Shown here in pieces: positions 24,926 to 36,850 of a stretch of DNA of 64,000 nucleotides. Each line of letters starts with the position of its first letter. The first letter of the stretch is position 1. Under the pieces are notes generated by a model. The model was not told where the DNA came from and did no database searches. It worked only from the letters and a program-made list of their open reading frames with translations. Source of the stretch: Somniosus microcephalus (taxonomy: Eukaryota); the NCBI GenBank assembly GCA_052327205.1, contig CM126214.1, positions 10,044,001-10,108,000 of the forward strand, written 5' to 3'. The position numbers and the translations under genes were made by a program.

Positions 24926-27900
24926 GGCAGAGATTTTCTTTACCGCGGCGGGCAACGTTGGTGGCGGCTTCCTACCCCGCTGCTGGCTCCATCCCGCTCT
25001 GGAAAATGATTTTACATTGATGGGGCTTGTTAAGCCCGCCCAGTGCTTTTGCTGGTCCAATTAGAGGAAGCGGGTCTGGTGACGTCATTCATGACTCATC
25101 ATCGGCCGGTTTCCTTAAAAGGACCATGGCCAACTTTCTTTTAACATTTGTGCTGTCAGTGTTCCACAGCATTGAAGTGCTGCAAACACTGACAATGACG
25201 GCATAGAGGTGCAGGACTGCACCCAGGTTCTCCCATGACTCCCTCCATATGACCTCCTCTTCCCATCCGATGGGCTGAAGACACCTCCCCAGGAGACCAA
25301 CACAGCCTGGTTGCACATTGCACAGGAAGGCACAAGCAGGGATGTCGTCAGAAGGACCTGGGTGCAGTGGCGCAAACCTTTCAATGATCTCAGTGGATCA
25401 TGAAACATTAGTACAAAGCCACACTCACCTTCATCTTGCTGTGCCTCTCATCACATCCCCATCACGCTGCCTTCCCTACCCTACCCCTGCACATCCTTAC
25501 CCACACCAACTTACCTTGCACCTCCACCTATCCTTCTCTCTCTATCTATATTATCACATCCCCATCTCACTAGCCACCCCCCATACTAGTGCAATCATAC
25601 CAACTAACAACACACAAGGGTAGCCACTTTGGCTTTTTATCCAATGTTCATGTAAAGTTTCTGTCAATGCGCTGTCAAACATTGAAACCTTTATTTTCAA
25701 CACTTTGCATTCTTGGGACAGATTTGTGCGCACCTTTGGAAGTGGCTTAGTGAGTTGCAGTGAATGAATGGTGAGACATAACAGTACCTCCCGCAATGGT
25801 GATGAGTGTGAAAGGAATGGCTTGGACATTGTAGGGATGCTTTATGGTGTTGGTGTAGGGTGCTGCCAACCTGGCGCATCTTGTGGCAGCCAAGGTGTAC
25901 AGCATCAAGAGAAGTAAATCTGGCCATGGTGAGGCCATCCCTGGCCTCCCGGGCAGCAATGTGCTCAGGTGCTGATGCCCTGTGTCCTGTGCAGCATCAG
26001 GTGATTGCGGAGAAGGTTGGTGTTGTTGTTGGTGCTGCTGATGTTGGGGCTGATCGTGCTCGGATTCTGAGCACCAAGGTGAGACAGTATAAAGGGTACC
26101 CATGTTGATGGAATAGATGGCAGGTGAAGTAGAGATAACAGAAGCATTGTCAATGGTGAGAGAGTTCCTCCAATGAGGTAAGAGTGAATGGAGAGTGCAA
26201 AGTGGAAAACCTGCTGGAAATCGACTTGAGAAACAGCTTTGTGGCTGAGGAAAGTGATGTCAGCTGGGAGCTTTTACTGTACGTTTGAAGCTGTCAAGTA
26301 ATCAGCTGCAGCAATGGCCACTGAACTCCCGCCTCAGGTTGACAGCCATGGTCCCCGAACAGCATGGTTCCCGTGGTCAAAGTTAAAAGTGAAAAGGTAA
26401 GTTTAAAAAGCCTGTGAATGATCTGTCAACTAGATGGTAAAGATGTTAATTGGGTCCCCCAATGCTGCCTGTCGGGTCTGCTCAGCACCGACAGACCCGA
26501 CATAGGGAAAGGTGTGTTGCGGCGGAAATTAGGGATAGCATAAGATCCGAGAGGACATATAAATTGGCCAGAAAATGCAGCAAACCAGAGGATTGGGAGT
26601 AGTTTAGGATTCAGCAAAGGAGGACAAAGGGATTAATTAAGAGGGGGAAAATAGAGTATGAGAGTAAGCTTTCAGGGAACATAAAAACTGACTGTAAAAG
26701 CTTCTATAGATATGTGAAGAGAAAAAGATTGGTGAAGTCAAGTGTAGATCCCTTGCAGCTAGAATCAGGGGAATTTATAAAAGGGGAACAAAGAAATGGC
26801 TGACCAATTAAATAGATACTTTGGTTCTGTCTTCACAAAGGAGGACACAAATAACCTCCCAGAGATGTCGGGGAACATAGGGTCTAATGAGAGGGAGGAA
26901 CTGAATGAAATCAGTATTTGTAGGGAAATGGTGTTAGGGAAATTGACGGGATTGAAGGCCGATAAATCCCCAGGGCCTGATAATCTACATGCTAGGGTAC
27001 TTAAGGAAGTGGCCCTAGAAATAGTAGATGCATTGCTGGTCATCTTCCAAAATTCTAGAGACTCTGGAACAGTTCCCATGGATTGGAGGGTAGCTAATGT
27101 AACCCCACTATTTAAAAAAGGTGGTAGAGAGAAAACGGGGACTTATAGACCGGTAAGCCTGACATCGGTAGTGGGGAAAATGTTAGAGTCCATTATAAAA
27201 GATGTAACAGCAGAGCACTTGGAAAACAGTGACAGGATCGGACAAAGTCAACATGGATTTACAAAAGGTAAATCGTGCTTGACTAATCTACTGGAATTTT
27301 TTCAGGATGTAACTGGTAGAATAGATAAGGGAGAACCAGTAGATGTGGTGTATTTGGACTTTCAGAAGGCTTTCGATAAGGTCCCGCATAAGAGATTAGC
27401 GTGCAAAGTTAAAGCACATGGGATTGGGGGTAAGGTACCGACTTGGACAGAGAACTGGTTGGCAGACAGGAAGCAAAGAGTTGGAATAAACGGGTCTTTT
27501 TCCGAGTGGCAGGCAGTGACTAGTGGGGTATCGCAGGTATCGGTGCTAGGACCCCAGCTATTCACAATATATATTAATGATCTAGACGAGGGAACTAGAT
27601 GTAATATCTCCAAGTTTGCAGATAACACAAAGCTGGGTGGTCATGTGTGCTGTGAGGAGGATGCAGAGAAACCCCAGTATGATTTGGACAGGTTGGGTGA
27701 TTGGGCAGATGCAGTATAATGTGGATAAATGCGAGGTTATCCACTTTGGTGGTAAAAACAGGAAGGCAGATTATCTGAACGGCAATAGATTGGGAAAAGG
27801 GGAAGTGCAACGAGACCTGGGTGTCCTTGTGCACCAGTCGCTGAAGGTAAGCATGCAGGTGCAGCAGGTGGTTAAGAAGGCAAATGGTATGTTGGCCTTC

Positions 27901-28582
27901 ATAGCAAGAGGATTCGTGTACAGGAGCAAGGATGTCTTGCTGCAGTTTTACAGGGCCTTGGTGAGATCACACCTTGAGTATTGTGTGCAGTTTTGGTCCC
28001 CTTATCTGAGGAAGGATATTCTTGCCATGGAGGGAGTGCAGCGAAGATTCACCAGACTGATACCTGGGATGGCAGGAATGACGTATGGAGAGAGATTGGG
28101 TCGATTAGGCTTATATTTGCTAGTGTTCAGAAGAATGAGAGGGGATCTCATTGAAACTTATAAAATTCTAACAGGACTAGACAGACTAGATGCAGGAAGG
28201 ATGTTCTCGATGGCGGGGGAGTCCAGAACCAGGGGGTCACAGTCTAAGGATAAGGGGTAAGCCATGTAGGACTGAGATGAGCAGAAATGTCATCACCCAG
28301 AGAGTGGTGAACCTGTGGAATTCTTTACCACAGAAGGCAGTTGAGGCCATTCATTAAATATATTCAAGAAGGCGTTAGATATATTTCTTAAGGCTAAAAG
28401 GATCAAGGGATATGGGGAGAAAGCAGGGACAGGGTACTGAATTTGGATGATCAGCCATGATCTCATTAAATGGCGGAGCAGGCTCGAGGGGCCGAATGGC
28501 CTACTCCTGCTCCTATCTTCTATGTTTCTATGAAACTAATTTTCCACCCAACCCGCCACTGATCCCCCAGAAAATTCCAGCC
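24926..28582 (+). mobile_element. Decayed Harbinger derivative with a Myb/SANT remnant, hosting a CR1 insertion
   Basis: 25200-25395 encodes frameshifted Myb-like motifs (PRFS, PSDG, RRTWVQWRKPFNDL) homologous to 37143-37382. Right end is AAAATTCCAGCC; the left end is degenerate. Confidence 0.65.
26525..28533 (+). mobile_element. 5'-truncated CR1 LINE (ORF2 reverse transcriptase, frameshifted)
   Basis: ORFs 26796-27719 and 27616-28260 contain KSPGPD, YRPVSLTS, YLDFQKAFDKVPH and KFADNTKL. Ends in a CTATGTTTCTATG tail. Confidence 0.95.
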
Positions 28583-30456
28583 AAAGTGTCTGTCTAGTTA
28601 CAATGCATTTTTTTGGCTGAACCTCAAACACTATTCTAAGAAGGATCCACTGCATTATTTTCAGATGTTGAGCACAGTGCAAAGGAAAATCAGATTTGAG
28701 AAAGAAAAAGTTTGAGGGTCATCATCATAACATTTTAGGCAGATATTTAGAAATGCTGGGCTGCTGCCCAGTTCCTCCTGGGTAGCAAACTAGTTAAATG
28801 TACCACAAAGAGTAGTAATGAGCCCAGAAGATCAAAAAGGTACCATTATCTGGTCCCTGGACCCAGTTAGTAAATCAATTTCAGCAAAGGTAGCAGTGTG
28901 TGTTGGGGGCAGCATTAAGACCCACCCTAGTGTCTCCAAGATAGGGAGGTGGTGGGTGGGGGGGGGTAGTATCAGCCAGGATTTCTGCTCCTGATTACCA
29001 ACCAATACCTCCTGCTGGCAGTGTGCGCCACTATTTGAGGGATTAGGTTTGGGGATCAAATCGGATGGCTATTAAATGGAACAGCAAAAGTTGACACTAT
29101 CTGATCAATCTCCCAATTGGCTGAATTACCAGACAGCCATCACTACAACATGGAATCGAACTTCAGCACCAGTTGCTATCTTAGAAAAAGTGATAAAAAT
29201 CAGAGGACAAGTTAGAGGTTGAGGTTTCAGAAATCAAAGAGAAAAATTATGTACATTGGGCTTGAAATGGGATTCCATAATTGTCGGATTTAAAAACATG
29301 TTTTTTCCCTTATTTTATCTGGATTTGAACGACAAACACTGCTGTTGACTTTGTCTCCCTACCCTTGGCTGGCAAGGGATCCCTGTAAAAGTTACTGGTT
29401 TGCAGTTTTCAAAATGGAATCTCTAAAGCACCTGTTAATATTCTAGGATTTCTCGATCATAAACCAGTAATCCTAATTATAAATGGATGCAATTATAGAA
29501 TGTGATCCCCAAAATACCAGAAGAAAAATCATAGATTCCCATATCATTAAAAAATGGAATTTGATTTGTTAATCACTTTAAACCAGTGGCTGTAGTCTTT
29601 GTGCGTTAACTTTGCCATTTACATATTAACACATGCAGAGAATACAGGTGAAACAAGGAATAATTTTTTTTTTCTCAAGTCCTGATCTGAAATTTGATCT
29701 AGTTTCACCCCAGCACCAAATTTTCACTGTTTTTGAAAGTTCCAAAATACATCCTGAAAAATTCCTGGAAAACTTTTTCAAAAATAAAACCTGAAACCAC
29801 GCATAATACAAGACTGGATTCAGTGCATAACAGGAAGGCTTGTAAAATATCAGTGTAGTCCAAACAAGATCAGCTGTTCGTTGCAGATTATAAACGCACC
29901 CGCTAGTACACCCATTTAATCCTCTGGCCCACTTAAAACAAGTTTCGACAATAAATCAGTAACATCCTGTATGTGTCAGTGATGTTTTGTGCTGCCGCTA
30001 TTTTCACCCCGTAAATCATATTTAATATTGTCCTGAAGTGAAAATGTTAGCTCATTGCGACCTCTAATAGTTGAGAACTACTTCACAGTAAACACAGCAC
30101 CAAGTCCCACCCACTCCAAACTCAGAGTTTGAAAACACACAGTTGACAATCACTTCAAGCCACTTTGATATTGATGATGGGGTGCCAGGAGAGTGGCATT
30201 AAGTGGAGTCCCACAACATTCAAGCATCAAACTCCACTTGTTATTATAGCAGCATGCAGCTGGCCCAGTCAGTGGTCCAAGAGTATGAGTTGCATGCTTT
30301 CCACTGCCTCCAACAGCCAGTCTTGAAATACAGGAAAAAAAGCATGTAGTATAGGAGGCATGTAGTTTGTCTATTTTATTATTGACTAGCTGAAGTGCCC
30401 AGCGGGGCCGAGGGATTTTTGAGGGCATGTTGTTGTTGGAAGCGAGAGAGCGGGCG

Positions 30457-33418
30457 GAAGAGAGAGAGCGACTGGGGGGGGAAGAGAGAGAGCGACTGGG
30501 GGGGGGAAGAGAGAGAGCGACTGGGGGGGGGGGAAGAGAGAGAGCGACTGGGGGGGAAGAGAGAGAGCGACTGGGGGGGGGAAGAGAGAGAGCGACTGGG
30601 GGGGAAGAGAGAGAGCGACTGGGGGGGGGAAGAGAGAGAGCGACTGGGGGGAAAGAGAGAGAGCGACTGGGGGGGGAAGAGAGAGAGCGGCTGGGGGGGG
30701 AAGAGAGAGAGCGGCTGGGGGGGAAGAGAGAGAGCGACTGGGGGGGAAGAGAGAGAGCGACTGGGGGGGAAGAGAGAGAGCGACTGGGGGGAAGAGAGAG
30801 AGCGACTGGGGGGGAAGAGAGAGAGCGACTGGGGGGAAGAGAGAGAGCGACTGGGGGGAAGAGAGAGAGCGACTGGGGGGAAGAGAGAGAGCGACTGGGG
30901 GGAAGAGAGAGAGCGACTGGGGGGAAGAGAGAGAGCGACTGGGGGGAAGAGAGAGAGCGACTGGGGGGAAGAGAGAGAGCGACTGGGGGGAAGAGAGAGA
31001 GCGACTGGGGGGAAGAGAGAGAGCGACTGGGGGGAAGAGAGAGAGCGACTGGGGGGAAGAGAGAGAGCGACTGGGGGGAAGAGAGAGAGCGACTGGGGGG
31101 AAGAGAGAGAGCGACTGGGGGGAAGAGAGAGAGCGACTGGGGGGAAGAGAGAGAGCGACTGGGGGAAGAGAGAGAGCGACTGGGGGGAAGAGAGAGAGCG
31201 ACTGGGGGGAAGAGAGAGAGCGACTGGGGGGAAGAGAGAGAGCGACTGGGGGGAAGAGAGAGAGCGACTGGGGGGAAGAGAGAGAGCGACTGGGGGGGAA
31301 GAGAGAGAGCGACTGGGGGGAAGAGAGAGAGCGACTGGGGGGAAGAGAGAGAGCGACTGGGGGGAAGAGAGAGAGCGACTGGGGGGAAGAGAGAGAGCGA
31401 CTGGGGGGAAGAGAGAGAGCGACTGGGGGGAAGAGAGAGAGCGACTGGGGGGAAGAGAGAGAGCGACTGGGGGGAAGAGAGAGAGCGACTGGGGGGAAGA
31501 GAGAGAGCGACTGGGGGGAAGAGAGAGAGCGACTGGGGGGAAGAGAGAGAGCGACTGGGGGGAAGAGAGAGAGCGACTGGGGGGAAGAGAGAGAGCGACT
31601 GGGGGGAAGAGAGAGAGCGACTGGGGGGAAGAGAGAGAGCGACTGGGGGGAAGAGAGAGAGCGACTGGGGGGAAGAGAGAGAGCGACTGGGGGAAGAGAG
31701 AGAGCGACTGGGGGGAAGAGAGAGAGCGACTGGGGGGAAGAGAGAGAGCGACTGGGGGGAAGAGAGAGAGCGACTGGGGGGAAGAGAGAGAGCGACTGGG
31801 GGGAAGAGAGAGAGCGACTGGGGGGAAGAGAGAGAGCGACTGGGGGGAAGAGAGAGAGCGACTGGGGGGAAGAGAGAGAGCGACTGGGGGGAAGAGAGAG
31901 AGCGACTGGGGGGAAGAGAGAGAGCGACTGGGGGGAAGAGAGAGAGCGACTGGGGGGAAGAGAGAGAGCGACTGGGGGGAAGAGAGAGAGCGACTGGGGG
32001 GAAGAGAGAGAGCGACTGGGGGGAAGAGAGAGAGCGACTGGGGGGAAGAGAGAGAGCGACTGGGGGAAGAGAGAGAGCGACTGGGGGGAAGAGAGAGAGC
32101 GACTGGGGGGAAGAGAGAGAGCGACTGGGGGGAAGAGAGAGAGCGACTGGGGGGAAGAGAGAGAGCGACTGGGGGGAAGAGAGAGAGCGACTGGGGGGAA
32201 GAGAGAGAGCGACTGGGGGGAAGAGAGAGAGCGACTGGGGGGAAGAGAGAGAGCGACTGGGGGGAAGAGAGAGAGCGACTGGGGGGAAGAGAGAGAGCGA
32301 CTGGGGGGAAGAGAGAGAGCGACTGGGGGGAAGAGAGAGAGCGACTGGGGGGAAGAGAGAGAGCGACTGGGGGGAAGAGAGAGAGCGACTGGGGGAAGAG
32401 AGAGAGCGACTGGGGGGAAGAGAGAGAGCGACTGGGGGGAAGAGAGAGAGCGACTGGGGGGAAGAGAGAGAGCGACTGGGGGGAAGAGAGAGAGCGACTG
32501 GGGGGAAGAGAGAGAGCGACTGGGGGGAAGAGAGAGAGCGACTGGGGGGAAGAGAGAGAGCGACTGGGGGGAAGAGAGAGAGCGACTGGGGGGAAGAGAG
32601 AGAGCGACTGGGGGGAAGAGAGAGAGCGACTGGGGGGAAGAGAGAGAGCGATGGAGAGAGAGCGACTGGGGGAAGAGAGAGAGCGACTGGGGGGAAGAGA
32701 GAGAGCGACTGGGGGGAAGAGAGAGAGCGACTGGGGGGAAGAGAGAGAGCGACTGGGGGGAAGAGAGAGAGCGACTGGGGGGAAGAGAGAGAGCGACTGG
32801 GGGGAAGAGAGAGAGCGACTGGGGGGAAGAGAGAGAGCGACTGGGGGGAAGAGAGAGAGCGACTGGGGGGAAGAGAGAGAGCGACTGGGGGAAGAGAGAG
32901 AGCGACTGGGGGGAAGAGAGAGAGCGACTGGGGGGAAGAGAGAGAGCGACTGGGGGGAAGAGAGAGAGCGACTGGGGGGAAGAGAGAGAGCGACTGGGGG
33001 GAAGAGAGAGAGCGACTGGGGGGAAGAGAGAGCGACTGGGGGGAAGAGAGAGAGCGACTGGGGGGAAGAGAGAGAGCGACTGGGGGGAAGAGAGAGAGCG
33101 ACTGGGGGGAAGAGAGAGAGCGACTGGGGGGAAGAGAGAGAGCGACTGGGGGGAAGAGAGAGAGCGACTGGGGGGAAGAGAGAGAGCGACTGGGGGGAAG
33201 AGAGAGAGCGACTGGGGGGAAGAGAGAGAGCGACTGGGGGGAAGAGAGAGAGCGACTGGGGGGAAGAGAGAGAGCGACTGGGGGGAAGAGAGAGAGCGAC
33301 TGGGGGGAAGAGAGAGAGCGACTGGGGGGAAGAGAGAGAGCGACTGGGGGAAGAGAGAGAGCGACTGGGGGGAAGAGAGAGAGCGACTGGGGGGAAGAGA
33401 GAGAGCGACTGGGGGGAA
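30457..33418. repeat. 22-bp minisatellite (GAAGAGAGAGAGCGACTGGGGG)n, roughly 130-135 copies
   Basis: Directly visible. Units vary mostly in G-run length; longer G runs cluster at the left end. Confidence 0.98.
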
Positions 33419-33440
33419 AGGGGAGGGGAGGGGGGAAAGG

Positions 33441-33614
33441 NNNNNNNNNNNNNNNNNNNNNNNNNNNNNNNNNNNNNNNNNNNNNNNNNNNNNNNNNNNN
33501 NNNNNNNNNNNNNNNNNNNNNNNNNNNNNNNNNNNNNNNNNNNNNNNNNNNNNNNNNNNNNNNNNNNNNNNNNNNNNNNNNNNNNNNNNNNNNNNNNNNN
33601 NNNNNNNNNNNNNN
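33441..33614. other. Assembly gap (174 N)
   Basis: Run of n characters. Confidence 1.
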
Positions 33615-33689
33615 GAGGGGGGGAGAGGGAGAGGAGGGGAGGGGGAAGGAGGGGGGGAGAAAGGGAGGGGGGAGCCAGCAGTCCCTCTC

Positions 33690-34620
33690 CCCTCTGCCGG
33701 TGAAGGCTCCGCTGAGCTCCGTGCCGCCCCACGCACTGACATGCCGAGCGCAGCGCCCCAGTCAGCCCGAGCCCCGCCCTCTCGAGGCTGGGCCTGAGGC
33801 GGCTTGAGACGGCCGATTGCGGCTGGCCGGGCCCGGTTGCCTTAGTAACCCTCCTCCCCTCTCCGCCTCCCGATCTCCGGGACTGGGCCTGAGCGGCTTG
33901 CGACGGCCGATTGCGACTGGCGAGCCCGGTTGCCAGGGTAACCCTCTCTGCTCCCCCTCCCGAGCCCCGCCCCCCCTAACCTGCTCGCTTCCCTCTGGCC
34001 ACGCTCTGTGTGGAGGTGCGCGTGCGCTGTGCAGCGCGAGCGCGAATGAAGCGCGAGGAGCTTGCAGTGAGCCCAGCCAGCCTTTACCAAGATGGCTGGC
34101 CGCTGGTTCGGAATCGGGCCCAGCCGGTGGGGGGGTGGGAGGAGCTTGCCACAAAACAATTGCCTAGGGTCCAGCATGGCTGGCAACAGACGCCCAGGCT
34201 TCGGGGCCTACCTGCAAAAACGGGCAAAGGTAGGAAAGTTAATGAGATTAGAGAAAAAGATTTAGAAAGTAATTAACTTAAGAAAACAATGTGTGTTTTA
34301 AAAGCAACTTTTTTTTTTGAAGACGCAGAAAGCGGGAAAAAGAAATGAAATGAAAAGTTTGGAATCAAGATGGCGGCGACTCACCTCGGTTCAGAACGAT
34401 AAGGCCCGCCCACACACGCACCGATTGGTCGACCGCCAGGTCACCGAAGCGTAGGATTGGTCAATCGTCCCGTCACTCGACTCTAGGAGGGCCCGCCCGC
34501 ACGCGCCAGGAACCCGCCCCCGCCACGCAGCGATTGGTCGACCGTCGGGTTGCTCGACCGTACGATTGGTTGACCTCGACGTCACTCAATGCTAATGAGC
34601 AGATAATGAGCGGAATTTTG
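33690..34620. promoter_or_regulatory. CpG island inside the Helitron-like element
   Basis: Dense CpG. Contains RFX X-box matches (33836-33849, 33929-33942), an NRF1-like TGCGCGTGCGC (34017-34027), YY1 motifs (34088-34096, 34366-34377) and GC boxes. Confidence 0.75.
34405..34590 (-). promoter_or_regulatory. TATA-less Pol II promoter-like module: 4 CCAAT boxes, GC boxes, CRE-like site
   Basis: ATTGG at 34424, 34456, 34533 and 34565; CCCGCCC boxes; GACGTCA at 34578-34584. Lies just upstream of a minus-strand donor GAG|GTGAGT (34384). Confidence 0.7.
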
Positions 34621-35146
34621 AACGTTTTTTGGATACCGCGGGCACAATTTTTGTCTCACCGAAATGTAAATATGCTTACGACCGTTCTGGAATCGTAAGC
34701 TTTCTTTTGATGTAACACACGTGTAGGTACGCTCTATAACTTTTGATTGTATAGCCGGACAGAGAGACAGAAAGACAGACAGAGCGACATACCGTTTTAT
34801 ATATATATAATACAATATAATAATAATGTGCTGCTGCTGGGGTGGGTGAAGGGAATCTCTTTCAACGTAATAATTTTATACATCTCTACTTGGCAGTAGC
34901 CAGCCCAATTTTGTACACGCAAGAACAGTCAAATGTAATATTTGCCAAGTCCATCTCTAACTGGCTGCCTTTCATTTCACGAGATATCATAATTCCAGTT
35001 CTCGGTTAACTGTGAATACACATGTCTACTCACATGCACTTCCAGCAGGGGACACTAGATAACAATCAGGAGCAGTAACTCCATCGTCCCCTCCCTAATC
35101 TAGGAGTGCTGAAGCCAATTGGACCATCCCTACTGCTTCCCCAGTT

Positions 35147-36850
35147 GAACATAAGAAATAGGAGCAGGAGTCGGCCATTTGGCCCCTTGAGCCTGCTCCG
35201 CCATTCAATAAGATCATGGCTGATCTTCTACCTCAACTCCACTTTCCTGCACTATCCCCATATCCCTTAATATCCAAAAATCTATCAATCTCTGTCTTGA
35301 ATATGCTCAACGACTGAGCCTCCACAGCCCTCTGGGGCAGAGAATTCCAAAGATTCACCACCCTCAGTGAAGAAATTCCTCCTCATCTCAGTCCCAAATG
35401 GCCGACACCTTATCGTGTGACTGTGATCCCTGGTTCTAGACTCTCCAGCCAGGGGAAACATCCTCCCTGCATCTACCCAGTCAAGCCCTGTAAGAATTTT
35501 GTATGTTTCAATGAGATCACCTCTCATTCTTCTAAACTCTAGAGAATATAGGCCCAGTCTACTCAATCTCTCCTCATAGGACAATTCCCCCATCCCAGGA
35601 ACCAGTCTGGTGAACCTTCGTTGCACTCCCTCTATGGCAGGTATATCCTTCCTTAGGTAAGGAGACCAAAACTGTACACAATACTCGAGGTGTGGTCTCA
35701 ACAGGGCCCTGTATAATTGCAGTAAGGCGTCTTTACTCTAATACTCAAATCCTCTTGTAATAAAGGCCAACATACCATTTGCTTTCCTAGTCGCTTGCTG
35801 TACCTGCATGTTAACTTTATGATTCGTGTACAAGGACACCCAAGTCCCTCTGAACACCAACATTTCCCAATCGCTCACCAGTTAAAAAAAACTCTGCTTT
35901 TCTATTTTTCCTACCGAAGTGGATAACTTCACATTTCTCCACATTATATTCCATTTGCCATGTTCTTGCCCACTCACTTAGCCTGTCTATATCCCCTTGA
36001 AGCCTCCTTGCATCCTCCTCACAACTTACATTCCCACCCAGCTTTGTATCATCAGCAAACTTGGATATATTACATTTGGTCCCCTCATCCAAATCATTGA
36101 TACAGACTATGAATAGCTGAGGCCCAAGCACTGATCCTTGCGGAATCCTACTAATTACAACCTGTCAACCAGAAAATGACCTGTTTATTCCTACTCTCTG
36201 TTTTCTGTCCGTTAACCAATCCTCAATCCATGCTAGTATTTAACCCCCAATCCCATGAGCCCCAATTTTGTTTAATAACCTCTTGTGTGGCACCTTATCG
36301 AATGTCTTCTGAAAATCCAAATACACCACATCCACTGGTTCCCCCATATCTATTCTGCTAGTTACAACCTCAAAAAACTCTTACAGATTCGTCAAACACG
36401 ATTTCCCTTTCATAAATCCGTGTTGACTCTGCCCAATCCTATTATTATTTTCTAATGCCCTGTTACCACGTCTTTAATAATAGATTCTCGCATTTTCCCT
36501 ATTACTGATGTCAGGCTAACTGGTCTGTAATTACCCGTTTTCTCTCTCCCTCCTTTCTTAAATAGTGGGGTTACATTTTCTACCTTCCAATCCACGGGAA
36601 CCATTCTAGAATCTATGGAATTTTGGAAAATTACAACCAATGCATCCACTATCTCTATAGTCACCTCTTTCAAAACCTTAGGATGTAGGCCATCAAGTCC
36701 AGGGGATTTATCGGCTTTCAGTCCCATTAATTTCTCCAGTACTATTTTTTTACTAATACTAATTTCTTTCAGTTCTTCATTCTCGCTAGACCTTTGGTTC
36801 TCCACTATTTCCGGGAAGTTTTTTGCATCTTCTTCCGTGAAGACAGACAC
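35147..36850 (-). mobile_element. CR1 LINE, 3' portion
   Basis: RT ORF fragments 35285-35701, 35817-36131 (KFADDTKL) and 36452-36850. Tail AACATAAGAAATAGGAGCAGG. Confidence 0.95.

Larger units (their letters stand above)
30386..34810 (-). mobile_element. Non-autonomous Helitron-like element
   Basis: The minus-strand 3' end is an imperfect GC hairpin CCCTCGGCCCCGCTGGG (30414-30398), 8 nt, then CTAG|T. The minus-strand 5' end is A|TTATATATATATAAAA followed by a (CTGT)n-like tract, the layout of Lep1-type Helitrons (canonical TC is altered). No TSD. Spans an assembly gap. Confidence 0.72.

Noticed and set aside
26796-28260. Active retrotransposon ORF
   Set aside because: 5'-truncated, frameshifted, and the catalytic motif is mutated (FADN).
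30457-33418. CRISPR-like array
   Set aside because: No unique spacers, pure tandem repeat, eukaryotic context, no cas genes.
30379-33807. Four >1100-aa ORFs on both strands
   Set aside because: Artefacts of a stop-free 22-bp minisatellite read through an N gap; low-complexity translation in all frames.
34370-34402. Plus-strand gene start at AAGATGGCGGCG
   Set aside because: Frame closes after 10 codons (TAA). Better explained as a YY1 site just inside the minus-strand intron.
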